Assembly: GCA_032718475.1 (NCBI GenBank)
Contig: JAUCBJ010008796.1
Location: 1 to 64,000 of the forward strand
Length of the DNA stretch: 64,000 nucleotides
Source: Nemertoderma westbladi
Taxonomy: Eukaryota; Animalia; Xenacoelomorpha
Direction of reading: 5' to 3'
Shown piece after piece: positions 27,291 through 38,900 of this stretch (the first letter of the stretch is position 1; every line of letters starts with the position of its first letter). The position numbers and the translations under genes are program-made. The notes under the pieces were generated by a model. The model searched no databases and was not told the origin of the DNA. It saw only the letters and a list, made by a program, of their open reading frames with translations.

Positions 27291-27309
27291 AAGTAGGAAG
27301 GTAGATAGG

Positions 27310-28034
27310 ATGATAGCACAGACAGGGGGCAACATAGATAAAATTAAAATAGAACTAAGAAAAATTGGCACTTTGGGGGTGGTAGAGAACACAGGACATT
27401 GTGGAGCAGTAGGGATGGGCCAGCTCATGGGCCTTATCTGCCACAAGCCGATGGACTGGGGCAAGTTCCGGGAGGAGCACGGAGCGGGCACAGGACATTG
27501 TGGAGCAGTGGCGATGGGCCAGCTCATGGGGCTTGTCTGCCACAAGCCGATGGACTGGGGCAAGTCCGAGAGGAGTACGGAGCGGAACTGGCAAACTCGC
27601 TGAAATGGGGAGCGAGGCCAGGGAAACAGGAGATATATCAGATCCGAAGGGGAGCGATAAAGATATATCAGAAGAGATATATCTTACAGGAGGATTGGAT
27701 AATGATAGGTTTATTAAACCTATTCATGGCCGTGGTTATCGGAAGAGAGCCGTCGGCATTTCTGCTATCAGGAGCACCTCTAAATCACAGGAGAGCCTTT
27801 AAGGTGGCCTTTGAGGGTCTTGTAGACCACCCGGGGCTGAAGGGCGAGTTGGTGTACTACGATAGCCGACACCTAGTGGACAGAGAGGTGGATACACCCT
27901 ACAAGATGTGGAAGAAGTTGGTAGCATATTTGAGGACCTATGGGGATTCCCTCAGGGGAGTTGGCAAAGATACCAAAAGGACACCAACCATAGATCTGGA
28001 AGGCAAATACGAACTCCTAAGTGCAAATAATTAA
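27310..28034 (+). pseudogene. Remnant of an additional 3' ORF in B, with a ~99-bp tandem duplication and a frameshift
   Basis: ORFs 27310-27603 and 27399-28034 join by a 1-nt deletion in the second repeat copy; HRRAFKVAFEGLVDHPGL resembles HRYYPGRAYEGVYAFHPYL in ORF2 of C. Confidence 0.45.
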
Positions 28035-28744
28035 GTGCAATTAGTATGTACGTATGTAGATAATTAATCAATATAAATATATAACCAATATAAGTACTAT
28101 AGTCATATATATAACCTTTCCCAATTAACTACTGGGACTGGGGACCAATTGACTATGACAGGAGGACGAGACACTAGACGAATCACGCTTCTTGAGTACG
28201 ACGGCACAAAAGGGGAGGGTGAGGCTCGTCAGGGGTAGGTGGAGACATTAGACGGATCCCATTTCTCAAGTGTGGCCACACTAATGAGAATGTGGGAGCT
28301 TTACAGGAGGGTATGGAGGATAAAAACAAGGTATCTATTGAGTATAAGAGAAAGGGGGGAAAGGGGAGGTGTTGGCGCGTGAGGAAGTGAGATGAGTGCA
28401 ATTCAAGCGTGGGGAGCGAGCAGTGAGAGAGGAAGAGTCCCAAGGGACCGAAGAGAGAGTAAGGGACAGCGAGGTCCGTGAGGAAGATTAGAGTGAAGTT
28501 GTAGAAAATTGTGTGAAGAGAGAGCACAATTGTCTCAAACAGAGACACCAGATACCTTGATGCAACATAGCTCACGATTGCAGCAAGGAGTGGTAGCAAT
28601 AACACACCCAGGGGGGGCAGTCTGGAAAGCCGACCCCGAGAAAAGAACTCCACCCCACACCCGATATTAGATTGGGTTCCAGCAGCATTGAAGCGCACTT
28701 AAGGTTGATGCTATCTTCTCACCGGGAATATAGCATGGGGGCGG

Positions 28745-29406
28745 TGTGAGCGGATTCAATTCCATTACATTATCCACCCGAAAATGGGACCAGTGGCATT
28801 TTACTAATATAGTTGGGGATACGAGATTACCAATAATAATCTCGCCTCATAACCAACTTTGGGGGGGGGGGCGACACAAGCCCTAAAGCCACAGAGAGAG
28901 GTGAGAGGTCAAACCACCTTGGAGGGAGAACACAGCTAGTAGAGGCTAGCGGCGGGGGGAAACACTCACAGGGAGTGCCAAAGTGACAATTAGTATATTA
29001 GCCAATAGCAGGCAGGGAAGCACGTGATCAGAGATAGGAAAGCATCCACTGGGTACAGAAGGCCAATTAGAGTAAGAGGTGAAACCAATATCTGTGTGTA
29101 TCAATCATATATTATTCTGTATTACTGATTTACCAGTCAGTTGATCAATCACAGAGTTGCAGACCAGTCATAGTTTACGACCGTCGCCAACCAATATCTA
29201 TTACTGATTTACTGCTGTCATTCTGTATTGTGGTATCAATTACGTACTGATTCTGTGCTATTATCATTCGGAACATTAACATTGAGAACCGCAAACTCTG
29301 TTATTTTCCCCGATGACCTTTGGCCAAACAACAATAGCTCAACAGCCCTAGCAGAATGGTGACGCGTACTAAATCTAATCCGGTCGGGATCTACGATCCC
29401 GTCACA
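28745..29406 (+). repeat. 3' LTR of B (662 bp)
   Basis: Direct repeat of the 5' LTR with a few substitutions; followed by the TSD. Confidence 0.95.
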
Positions 29407-30119
29407 CTCTGGAGGGCATATTCACAAGAATGCTACGCCGGGTTCACTGTGTCTAGAACAATGTACACATCTCCAACCAGACACTATATAACATTGGAGG
29501 TGTCGCATTGGTTCCCCCAAGCTTGACACTAGAACAAAGCCACTTCTACTTTGCAGGACATTGCTTTCACCGTGAGGACCAGCCAGTGCATAATTGGCAG
29601 CCTCATGGAGTGAATGAGCATGGTGGACAGCCCAAGACTTTCTTGAGCCCTTGAAGATTCAGATGATCTAGCAAATGTCATGGGTGATATGGAGTTGTGG
29701 TGGCGCGATTTTGTCAACAGGCCGGCACAGCATTCTTGAAAATGCAGCTGCAATGCAGCATGATGATCCTAGTAGTAGTAGTTGGTGCAACCATGACAGA
29801 TGACACTGGGCATTAAGCTGACAGTTTCGGGTGTTTGAAATATATATATATTTTGAATCACGAAATGATCTTATAATACTAAACAAGTTATGCAGTTCAA
29901 CTGTTAACATCAACTCGTCAAATGTTATACAACTATACTCTCATCAGCATAGCATGCACTGTACTATGCTTCATTTAGTTGGGATTATACCTTGGCTACT
30001 ATATATCAGACCATACCTAGACACCTGTAATTCCATTGTATAAACTGAAATTGCAGGAAAAAATAAACTCAAATCCCTACTTTCTTGTTTGTTTTATAAA
30101 ATGTTGTTAAACATTGTCT

Positions 30120-31480
30120 CTTACCAACATTCATAGGAATGTTTGGCAGGTTGGTTAAAGGAATTAAATCAAAGAGCCTTGATGCAATTCTGATATTCGT
30201 GGACATCAAGAAAGCATTCGATTCCATCCATAGAAGTAAAATGCTGGAAATCGAACAGCTTATGAAATCATTACTGGCATTGTATTGCTATATTGTGTCA
30301 GGTGCCAGATGGTGTGGTGAGAGGTGAGACTAAGCTTTTCCCAATCCTAGTGGGTGTACTGCAAAGCAACACATTAGCTGGCTGGCTCTATTCATAATTG
30401 TATTGAATTATGCAATGAGGATTATGTATTGGATTATGCAAGCCATAACTGGTGATGTTAACAATGCAAGGATGTTTAGAAACAGCACATATCCTGCTCA
30501 TACCGTCACAGATACCAAGTTTGTGGATGACATAACCATGCTTTCTAATATAAATTCTACCAAATCCGAATTAATGACTTTGAATGTTAATGGAATCCTT
30601 ACCATTGTTGACAAGCGTGAAATCGCTCAAAGGTCGGGTGTTATAATGCATGCACTCGCACTGTCTCCTCCTTGAATGGCATACTACCAATCTTACTACC
30701 AAAAAAATTACTTGAAAGAGGGATTGAACTCTGTACCTAGAGATTACAAGTCCGATGCTCTACCAACTTCCTGTATGAGCTACATGAGCATATGATGCTA
30801 CTGCCTGTATGAAGCCTTATTACTAAAACCCAACTGGAAATTAACAACAACAAAACCAACAACAACAGAGTGAATACTAGAGGTCTCGCTACACAGACCT
30901 AAAAAACGTCAACTTCCAGTTGACAACTTCCAGTGCATTGGATCATGGATAGAGATCAGCAAAAAAGGCATATAAGTAAGCAAAGGCATGGGTAGCTCTA
31001 TCATAAATGGATACCATCTGGAAATCCGACCTCTCCTTGCATCAGACGACAGGATGAAAATATACTTTTATACGTGGGTTAGACCTAAACACTGACAAAA
31101 TTACTTGAACAATGAATTTATTGCTACAAAAGACTATTAAGGATAAGGACAGCCTTAAAATACAAACGACTACTAATGGAAGCCCTAAAAACATCAATGC
31201 GAGGCAACACATGAGAAACGCTATGCTTTATGGTGCAATTCCAGCTGTATCAATCTCAGTGAACACAGATTAAGATTTAGGTAGCACTGCTAGCGAAGTA
31301 AAAAGGAGATTAAACCTAATCTATTTTTTTTGCAACTAACAGAAGGAAAGCTCACATATCTAGACCAACTTGAAAGCATTGCCACTGGACTTGGGATAAA
31401 ATATATTGATACAACCCTGAAGAATGCCTGGGAGAGCCGGGGAGAATGCCAGGGAAGCCTGGATTGCACCTTGGAACAGC
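30120..31480 (+). mobile_element. Highly degenerate RTE-group LINE RT fragment
   Basis: AILIFVDIKKAFDSIHRSKML; VTDTKFVDDITML; TYLDQLE...GL. Confidence 0.7.
30705..30785 (-). mobile_element. tRNA-derived SINE-like head (degenerate)
   Basis: Minus strand AGTTGGTAGAGCATCGGACTTGTAATCTCTAGGTACAGAGTTCAATCCC has A-box and B-box-like motifs. Confidence 0.5.
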
Positions 31481-31844
31481 ATAATTTAACTGAACCTTCA
31501 ACTGAATTATTTTGGGAATGAATCCAAGATGCCCTTAGTGGTGCAGATCCTTTGCATCAGATGTGGATGTTCGTGGAAATTTACTAACAAGCAATTGTTA
31601 TAATCACATAATTCTCACTCAAATTTTGCCAGTAATGTAACATAGAAATATAAATCAAACTTGTGCGGCCAATATGCCCTGCCCTTTTAGTACCTTTGAT
31701 TTTTTGAACTTTTTTTTGACTTTTTGAAAATAATATGCCATGAAACAAAACAAATTATAATGGTTAATCTTCTATCAATTAATTATATTCATATTATCTT
31801 CAATCAAATCCCCTAGAATAATGCCAATATATCACTTAGTTAAT

Positions 31845-31977
31845 ATATCAGTTAAAAATTATCATACCTAAATATAGTTAGCCTATCACCTCCAATATAT
31901 CAGTTAATATCAGTCTCCTAAATATAGTTAGCGTATCACCTCCAATATATCAGTTAATATCAGTCTCCTAAATATAG
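31845..31977. repeat. Short ~50-bp tandem repeat
   Basis: CCTAAATATAGTTAGCnTATCACCTCCAATATATCAGTTAATATCAGTCT in about 2.5 copies. Confidence 0.8.
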
Positions 31978-32072
31978 ACTACCATATAGGTTACTACTTC
32001 CTAATAACAGTTCAGTTCTGTAACAGCTCAGATATTTTTATCTTAATTGATGACAAATCCTTTAAAATTCTC

Positions 32073-33282
32073 TGTAAAAGCTTTTGTGGGATACTGATTC
32101 GTTTGCCTTGCTGGCCAGTTCCCCCCCGGTCGCTAGAATACTCTAAAAGGGATCTATAGGTAAAATAGTGCAAGCTACCAGCTTATTGGCTGATGTGCTG
32201 TACTGAGGTATCTGGGTTCCGTTTAATCGGCCAACCAGCTTAGAGAGGTTGCCTTAGCCCTGCTGTCCGTATCGGCCAATAGAATTTGAGTGGGCGTTGA
32301 TTTCGACCTATCCCAGAGCTACTGAACTGAATTTTCCTATCTCACTGCTCATCCTCTGTGTTGGACGGGAGCTTCGGGGAATAAGGGTAGTTGGTATCCT
32401 CGTATAGGGATTCTAGTCTTATGATTCTTCATATGATTCTGTTGTTGTGTTCCCATTTTTCGCCATAACACCGGCTTTTGGGAAGAACTCTAGTAAAACT
32501 GCTTAAATTATCGAAGGTATAAACTGTTATCCTATCAACCTACCATCCTACCTACTAATCAATCAATCAACCTGATTCTGTTGCTAATCATATTGTTTGT
32601 ACTGTTATTTACCGTCAGTTATTAATTGTATCTATTTGTTGATGGAAATATTGCTCTTTGGAGAATACGGATAAATCACCCAAATTTCCCAATTTTCTTG
32701 ATACACTACAGGTTAGAGAGACAGGCTATATATAACAATTGCGATTTATATTAATGTGGTGTGTATTGAATCTAATGTTATTTAGCAGACCCTACATGAG
32801 TCAATTGCTGCTCTCTTTATGTGTGATCAAATTTACTGACGGTCGGCAGAATAGTGTGCATGATTGTAATTGATAACAAAGTATTTCCTAAAGAATACGC
32901 TTTATACTTTAATCATAAGCAGTATCGTTGCGTTTAGTATAAGTCCTAGTCCTGTTTAAATAGATAGAGCGCCACGTCCTAAAGGAACTGTTAATATTTC
33001 CCGAAAGCCAATAATATCTGTCAGAAATTAATTAATAACGATCAATCGAATAATACAGTAAGTTTACACTGCAACCTTACACTGCAATAATAAAATTTAA
33101 GCAGCCGAATTCAGCCTCCCGGGTGTAGATCCATCGGGTGAATGATCGCGCATGGGCTGTCTTCGGGTAATGTTTTGTTTAATAGCATAAAATATTGTCG
33201 TATGCTAAAGGTGTTTTAATTAACTAGAAGACATATAAATTTTGGCAGGTTGAACTGCTAAAGGTCTTCAAAAGCGCGAACA
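32073..33282 (+). repeat. 5' LTR of C (1210 bp)
   Basis: TGTAAAAGC...GCGCGAACA; CCAAT boxes near 32184 and 32276; AATAAA near 33089. Confidence 0.97.
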
Positions 33283-33295
33283 ATAACAGTTTATA
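33283..33295 (+). promoter_or_regulatory. Non-tRNA primer-binding site of C (ATAACAGTTTATA)
   Basis: 13/13 complementary to LTR segment TATAAACTGTTAT 32518-32530. Confidence 0.75.
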
Positions 33296-33348
33296 ATCTT
33301 ATTGCAGTAAGCAATAAGGTTGCAAATACCGTAGTGACCGGTAACCTG

Positions 33349-33480
33349 AACCGGTACTTCTGTAGGTCAGTAGGCCCAACTGCCAGAACCGGTACTGCTG
33401 TAGGTCCGTAGGTCCAACTGCCAGAACCGGTACTTCTGTAGGTCTGTAGGCCCAACTGTCCTAACCGGTACTGCTGTATA
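33349..33480. repeat. 38-bp tandem repeat in the leader of C
   Basis: AACCGGTACTnCTGTAGGTCnGTAGGnCCAACTGCCAG in about 3.5 copies. Confidence 0.85.
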
Positions 33481-33703
33481 AGTACATTAGTATTATTCGA
33501 ATTTGATTAGTGTATACCGGTAGGTCTTAATACTTAATCAGGGACTGCAGCCCTGAATTTTTATTGAGATTCTACTTATTTCTGTCGGTTTTATTTACTA
33601 GTAGGCTAATATTGAGCAGAAGGCGTGTGACCCTGCTCAGATTGTTCAGATAATTGTAGGGTGAGCTGCTGTCTGACTGTTGTTGAGTTTGGAGAGATTA
33701 CGG

Positions 33704-34222
33704 CGTGTGTAGAGTTTGTCTGATAAAGTGCCGTTAGTAAGTTGGGGCAGCCATATGCTGTAAGGTCAATCCCCTCTTAAAGAATAAGTCGTACTACCGT
33801 GTTAGAACGCATACTAACTAACTGTTTCAGAATCTGCATATACTGTAGTTTATTTAGGCTTGATCGTAGTCTGCCAGTGTTTTAGCCTGTGTTTGTTTGT
33901 GTGGTCTGTTCAGGTACCGTAATAGTTATTACTCAAATATTTTGTAGGCTGGATTGTTGTCTAGCTATTCTTAGGCCTGAAGGGATTGCTACGTGTGTAG
34001 AGTTGTCTGATAAAGTGCCGTTAGTAAGTTGGGGCAGCCATATGCTGTAAGGTCAATCCCCTCTTAAAGAATAAGTCGTACTACCGTGTTAGAACGCATA
34101 CTAACTAACAGTTTCAGAATCTGCACATACTGTGGTTTGTTTAGGCTTGATAGTAGTCTGCCAGCGTTTGGTTTGTATTTTGTTTGAGTATTCTGTACGG
34201 GTAGCGTAATATTTATTATTCA
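33704..34222. repeat. Tandem duplication (period about 288 bp) in the leader of C
   Basis: 33704-33935 matches 33992-34222. Confidence 0.85.
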
Positions 34223-35534
34223 GAGTTTATGCGATTATTCGCAACATTCATGTCCCCAAGTTTATCCCTACAGTAATTGTGCTTGTTATACATACCGTTA
34301 TAGTTAAATTAACCCCGGTACTACACGGGCTGCTTGGCGTAGGACAAGACTGGTGACATTGTGCCCTGGTCACTCCAGCAGATGCCGTGGTTCTTTTAAC
34401 TGTTCAAGTATATTTAACTACTGATTATTTGTTATACCGGTACTTGTACCTAATTTAGGGTTTAGTGTACAGTGCTTTCCGAAGTAATTAGTGTGTAGGC
34501 AGTATATTTGTGTTGTAAAGTGGTTGATAGGCACATTCGTTAGCTCTATTAACTTCTAGGTAGGAACAATCCGTGATACATAACGTAGTACCTATAGCGA
34601 TACGGTTATAGGTCGTCAGGCGGTGGTATTTTCCTATCTGGACAGTGCAATATATTTACTACTACTTATTATTTAAATACCGTAGTATTCTGTCAGTTGT
34701 AATAACCAGAAATCTAACCCTTTGTTAGACTGGTTTGTAGACTTCCTGTAAAATTACCCTAAAAAATTCGTACGTAATATTTTGTTGTGTTTAATTAGAG
34801 AATTAATCTCACCCGTATCGTAAGTAATTTGTAGTATTAAGTAACTTAGGTAAATTAGAATTATCAGTTTTAGTGTCAAATAAATAGCACTTCACTGAGA
34901 GCGCACAGCTTCCGTGTAGTGACCCCCAGAAATAATAACATTTATTTCAAATATTGACAAAACCCCTTTTAAACGGGTATATATCTATTATAAATCAACT
35001 CAAACGATTTATAAATAGTAGGCCTGCCATACAACAACTAGGTCTCAATATCAGTTGGACTACTGCTTAAATAACGGTAATAAAGTAAGTTAAAGTAACC
35101 AAGTAACCTTAAAATATTCAGAAATTCAATTATTCTAAAAATAATTGACATACCGGTACTTACCATAGGCTTATCCTATTTATTTCTATAAATTCGAGCT
35201 GAAATCATACCGGTATTCTGTAATTAATTCTAGTTCATAATTATACTTATATATACTATAAGTGTCAGCTGTATACCGGTATTCAAGATGGGCCTATTAT
35301 ATATTTATATATATTTGTGCTAAAATTACATACCGGTACTCTGTGACAAATCTAGTCTGTAATAATACTTATATATATATTATAAGCATACCGGTATTCT
35401 AATATATTGTATATATATCACGTTACACTGAGTAACGGTATCGGTAATAAATCGCTAGGCTTGCGGTCATACTGAATTACCAGACTTGCTTTAACTGAAA
35501 CTATAGTAGTAGACATTCAACTGTATAGCTAAAC

Positions 35535-35984
35535 ATGTCTGACACTCAGCAAAACCTGTCAGACAGTCTGATCGATACAACTATCTGTGACTCAGATAGG
35601 AGTGTGGAGCGATTAAGAAAGGAGTTCAGCTCACCTCCTACTGCAAAAAAGGTCATCCCTCCAGTAGTATCAGACCCTAGGCTAATCCACCATAGGTCCA
35701 TCATAGGCACTCGGGCACAGGTCAAACGGAACCAAGAGGCAGTTGTCCTATCGCAGCAGCATCTTGGTCAAGACCCTACTTCCCAGCGACCCGATAGCTC
35801 CAGTAGTTCGGATACTGTAGAGCTGACCCCCGAACGCGGAGTGCAGATGGCTGCTACAGTCTACTCGGACCCCCTTCTCACCCTTCCTGCTGCAGTCTAC
35901 TCGGACCCCCTTCTCACCCTTCCTGCTGCAGTTAACTATATTCATTGCGGTGGAGGAACATCAAGCCGACTGGGCGAGAAATAA
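35535..35984 (+). CDS. Upstream ORF or out-of-frame N-terminus of gag in C (149 aa)
   Basis: ATG in AAACATG context; overlaps the +1 frame, which is open from 35827; contains a 36-bp duplication. Confidence 0.55.
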   Translation: MSDTQQNLSDSLIDTTICDSDRSVERLRKEFSSPPTAKKVIPPVVSDPRLIHHRSIIGTRAQVKRNQEAVVLSQQHLGQDPTSQRPDSSSSSDTVELTPERGVQMAATVYSDPLLTLPAAVYSDPLLTLPAAVNYIHCGGGTSSRLGEK

Positions 35985-38900
35985 GCGAGCGACCCAAGAT
36001 AATTATGCGGGATACGCCAGGGAAGAATTAATGTCTATTGTCGAGTCACAATGGAACTTTCCCGGACTCGGACTCCCGTTGGACCTGTCCGAGGCTACTT
36101 GGGAAGATATACACAGGATGGGAGTGGCAAAAGATACAATGGATCCAGCTGTTTGGAAGAGGTCGGCATCAGGATATGTGCAGGGATTCTTCGGCTCCTT
36201 GGAGCGATTGGAAGAACAACTGTTTCGACAACCTCAAGGACCTCAAGAGCAGGAAGAGCTGCTATACCAAGTACGTGAAAGAACCCTACGCATACGACTA
36301 ATCCTCTCAGCCTTTGAGGAAACTTCCAAAAGAAGACAGGACACGTCGCTGCAGGTTGCTGTCAAAACTTGGTTACATCGGGTAGATCTCCAAGTACAGG
36401 AAACGGCCCAGTGGAAATCCCAGCTGGCTGAGAGATCAACCTATGAAGAACAAACTGATGTCACCCTTTCTCAAGCGGAAAGCGAAGAGACCGCCGAGAA
36501 ACCGCGAACTAGAGACGCTATCGACATTTATTTGTCCGACTATCAGCGATTCCTAGGAGACGAAGAGTTGAGTAGACGGCTGTCTGGACTTTCCCCTAAT
36601 AGTGAAGGAACCAAGCTTGTGTTGGACTCAATCGATGCCGAAATGTTAGCTGCAAACCAAGCTGAATGTGATGAAAAACTCCGCCTCACTAGAGTCCGAG
36701 AAGAACAAGTAAAGAAAGAATGGATAGAGAAAAGAAAGGTGGCAGCAGCAGCGGCGGCAGAAGCAGAAGCCAAAAGAAAGGCGGCAGAAGCAGAAGCCGA
36801 AAGAAAGGCGGCAGAAGCAGAAGCCGAAAGAAAGTCAGCAGAAGCAGAAGCCGAAGCCGAAAGAAAGGCGGCAGAAGCAGAAGCAGAAAGAAAAGCAGCA
36901 GTGGCAGAAGCAGAAAGTAGAGCTTCTGAGGAGACTATCCAATTGGAGTTGAAAAATCTGCAAGAGACGCAAGACAGTATAAATAAACAGTTTACTGCTA
37001 ATCAAATGCAGATGATGAGAAAATCTACTCCCAAGCGCCAGGGATACACATCCTCGGAGGAAGGCGAGACTACCGATCCTGAAGGCGGAGGAAATAGATC
37101 TCATCTAAGTAGGCGTAGAAAAACATCTTACCGCCGCAAATTGCCTGATTTGCCCCCAGCTGTTAGAAGACAGCTAGCTAGCACAGACTTGAGTAGTATA
37201 GAACCCACAGCCCAAAGTATTAAGGTCCAAAGACTCTCTACAATAGTTGATGAGCCTGAGATAATTAGGCCTGTCGTTCCCAAGGTCACTTCTGTGTTAG
37301 AGACCCCTGTACTTCCAGAGCTTAACTCTAAATTCCCTTTACATAGTACTACACTGCCTGTACCCGGTGGAACAGTCCAAGAGAATATCCCTGTCCAGAT
37401 AGCAGAGAGAGAAATCAAAAATTTGTCTCCCGTCGTCCCGCGTCAGCCCGCTACTATGTTGGCGACTCCCGCTTCGGCGGTTGAGTGGGTGGAAGAGGGA
37501 CGGCGGGGGATGAATCTCCTGCTAGGACAAATGCAGGAGACTGTCCACCAACTTAAGGGAACAGTGAGAGAAGGCAGAGCAGAGTTGCAAGAAGTGCAGC
37601 AAAGTATCGCACTAGAACGCGATAAATTAGTCAATATACAAAGGGGCATACCAATACCCCCTGTAACATTGTGTCAACCTGTTAGGTCTGAAGTATTACA
37701 TGCGCAAGGTGTGGAGCCTACACGCATCTATACTGCTAGTGAAGTTGAAACTCCTATAACAAACCCTATTAAGGGTGATTATAGACCTGTTATTAATGAT
37801 ATTCCCTATAGACCTGATAATGATCCGAGAAATTTATATACCGATAATTCGATATTAAATAACACGATGGCCCAAGAAAGCTTTACGCGTCAGATGGCTA
37901 GAACAGAAGCCCGCCAAGCGGTCAAAGTGGGAGAGATCGTCAAATTCAATGGAGATGAGATGAAATGGTTACCTTTCAACGAATATTACAAAGATAGCAT
38001 ACAGAACTCTGTACTATCTAACGGAGAGAAACTTAGATTCCTCATCAAGTGCTTGGAAGGACCTCCCAAGTTAATGGCGTTAAAGTTTATTGGACATCCA
38101 GATGGGTTAAGACAAGTTTGGGATACATTAAACATCAGGTATGGTAACAAGGATAACATAGCTAAGTATTTGTATGCAAAATTAGTAGCCCCTCGACACT
38201 TCCTTAGTAGCGGGATTATAGAGTTTTCCGATGAGATTCAAGAGATCTGTAGACAATTGGACTGGTTAGGTAAGTCTCATGAATATCAGAGTTCCATGGT
38301 TATTGGAGCCGTAGTCTCTACTTTACCAAAGGGTGGAGTATGTACACGCTGGGACAAGAAAGTGTTGTACATGAATGAACAACAACGACGAAGTCCTACC
38401 ATGGCTGATCTCATGTCTTTCTTAGATGGTGAAGTCAAACTACAACTCATCAAGCAGTCCAGAGAAAAAACATCGGAAAATAAGGTAAGTGAGAAACCCA
38501 CTTCTAGGAGAAGGGTAACACCGGTGTGTTACACTGACGACGGCGAAAGCCAAGCTTCTCAAGAAGAAGACAGCGGGAAAGACACCGAACGTTCTTACTA
38601 TGTTGACAAAACCTCCAAGGACGTAAGTAAATACAAGGCTCGAACCAACAATAGGAGAGAACAGGTTGCTAAGACCCCTCCTCAGTCTCCTAGCAGAATG
38701 CGCGGAAGAAAGCCCGAAGAAAGAACGAGAGTGCATCAGACTACCCAAGGTAAAGTAAGTAACATAAAACCTAACTGTGCGCTGTGCGACGGGACCCACC
38801 GTTTGAGTGCGTGTGCGGAATTTCTAAAGAAATCCCTTGTAGACAGACGTACAGTTGTGTGGGACAAGCGGTTATGCTATAATTGCCTCAGACCAGGACA

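Larger units (their letters stand above)
20681..29406 (+). mobile_element. Non-autonomous BEL/Pao LTR retrotransposon B (8.7 kb)
   Basis: LTRs 20681-21308 and 28745-29406 (TGTGAG...GTCACA); 5-bp TSD CTCTG at 20676-20680 and 29407-29411; PPT 28737-28744; capsid-like gag; no RT or IN motifs. Confidence 0.95.
17550..29782 (+). mobile_element. Degenerate RTE-group LINE in three pieces (about 17550-18030, 19340-20680, 29412-29782)
   Basis: APE end (KKRTGKLWTH; SDHHLIVAKVRLSLR); RT motifs (PVPKKGNL, GVLQGDTLAPFLFIIVVDYVL, DLDFADDL); frame TKSL|EGIFTRMLRRV continues across element B; (TAG)n tail at 29770-29782. Confidence 0.85.
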
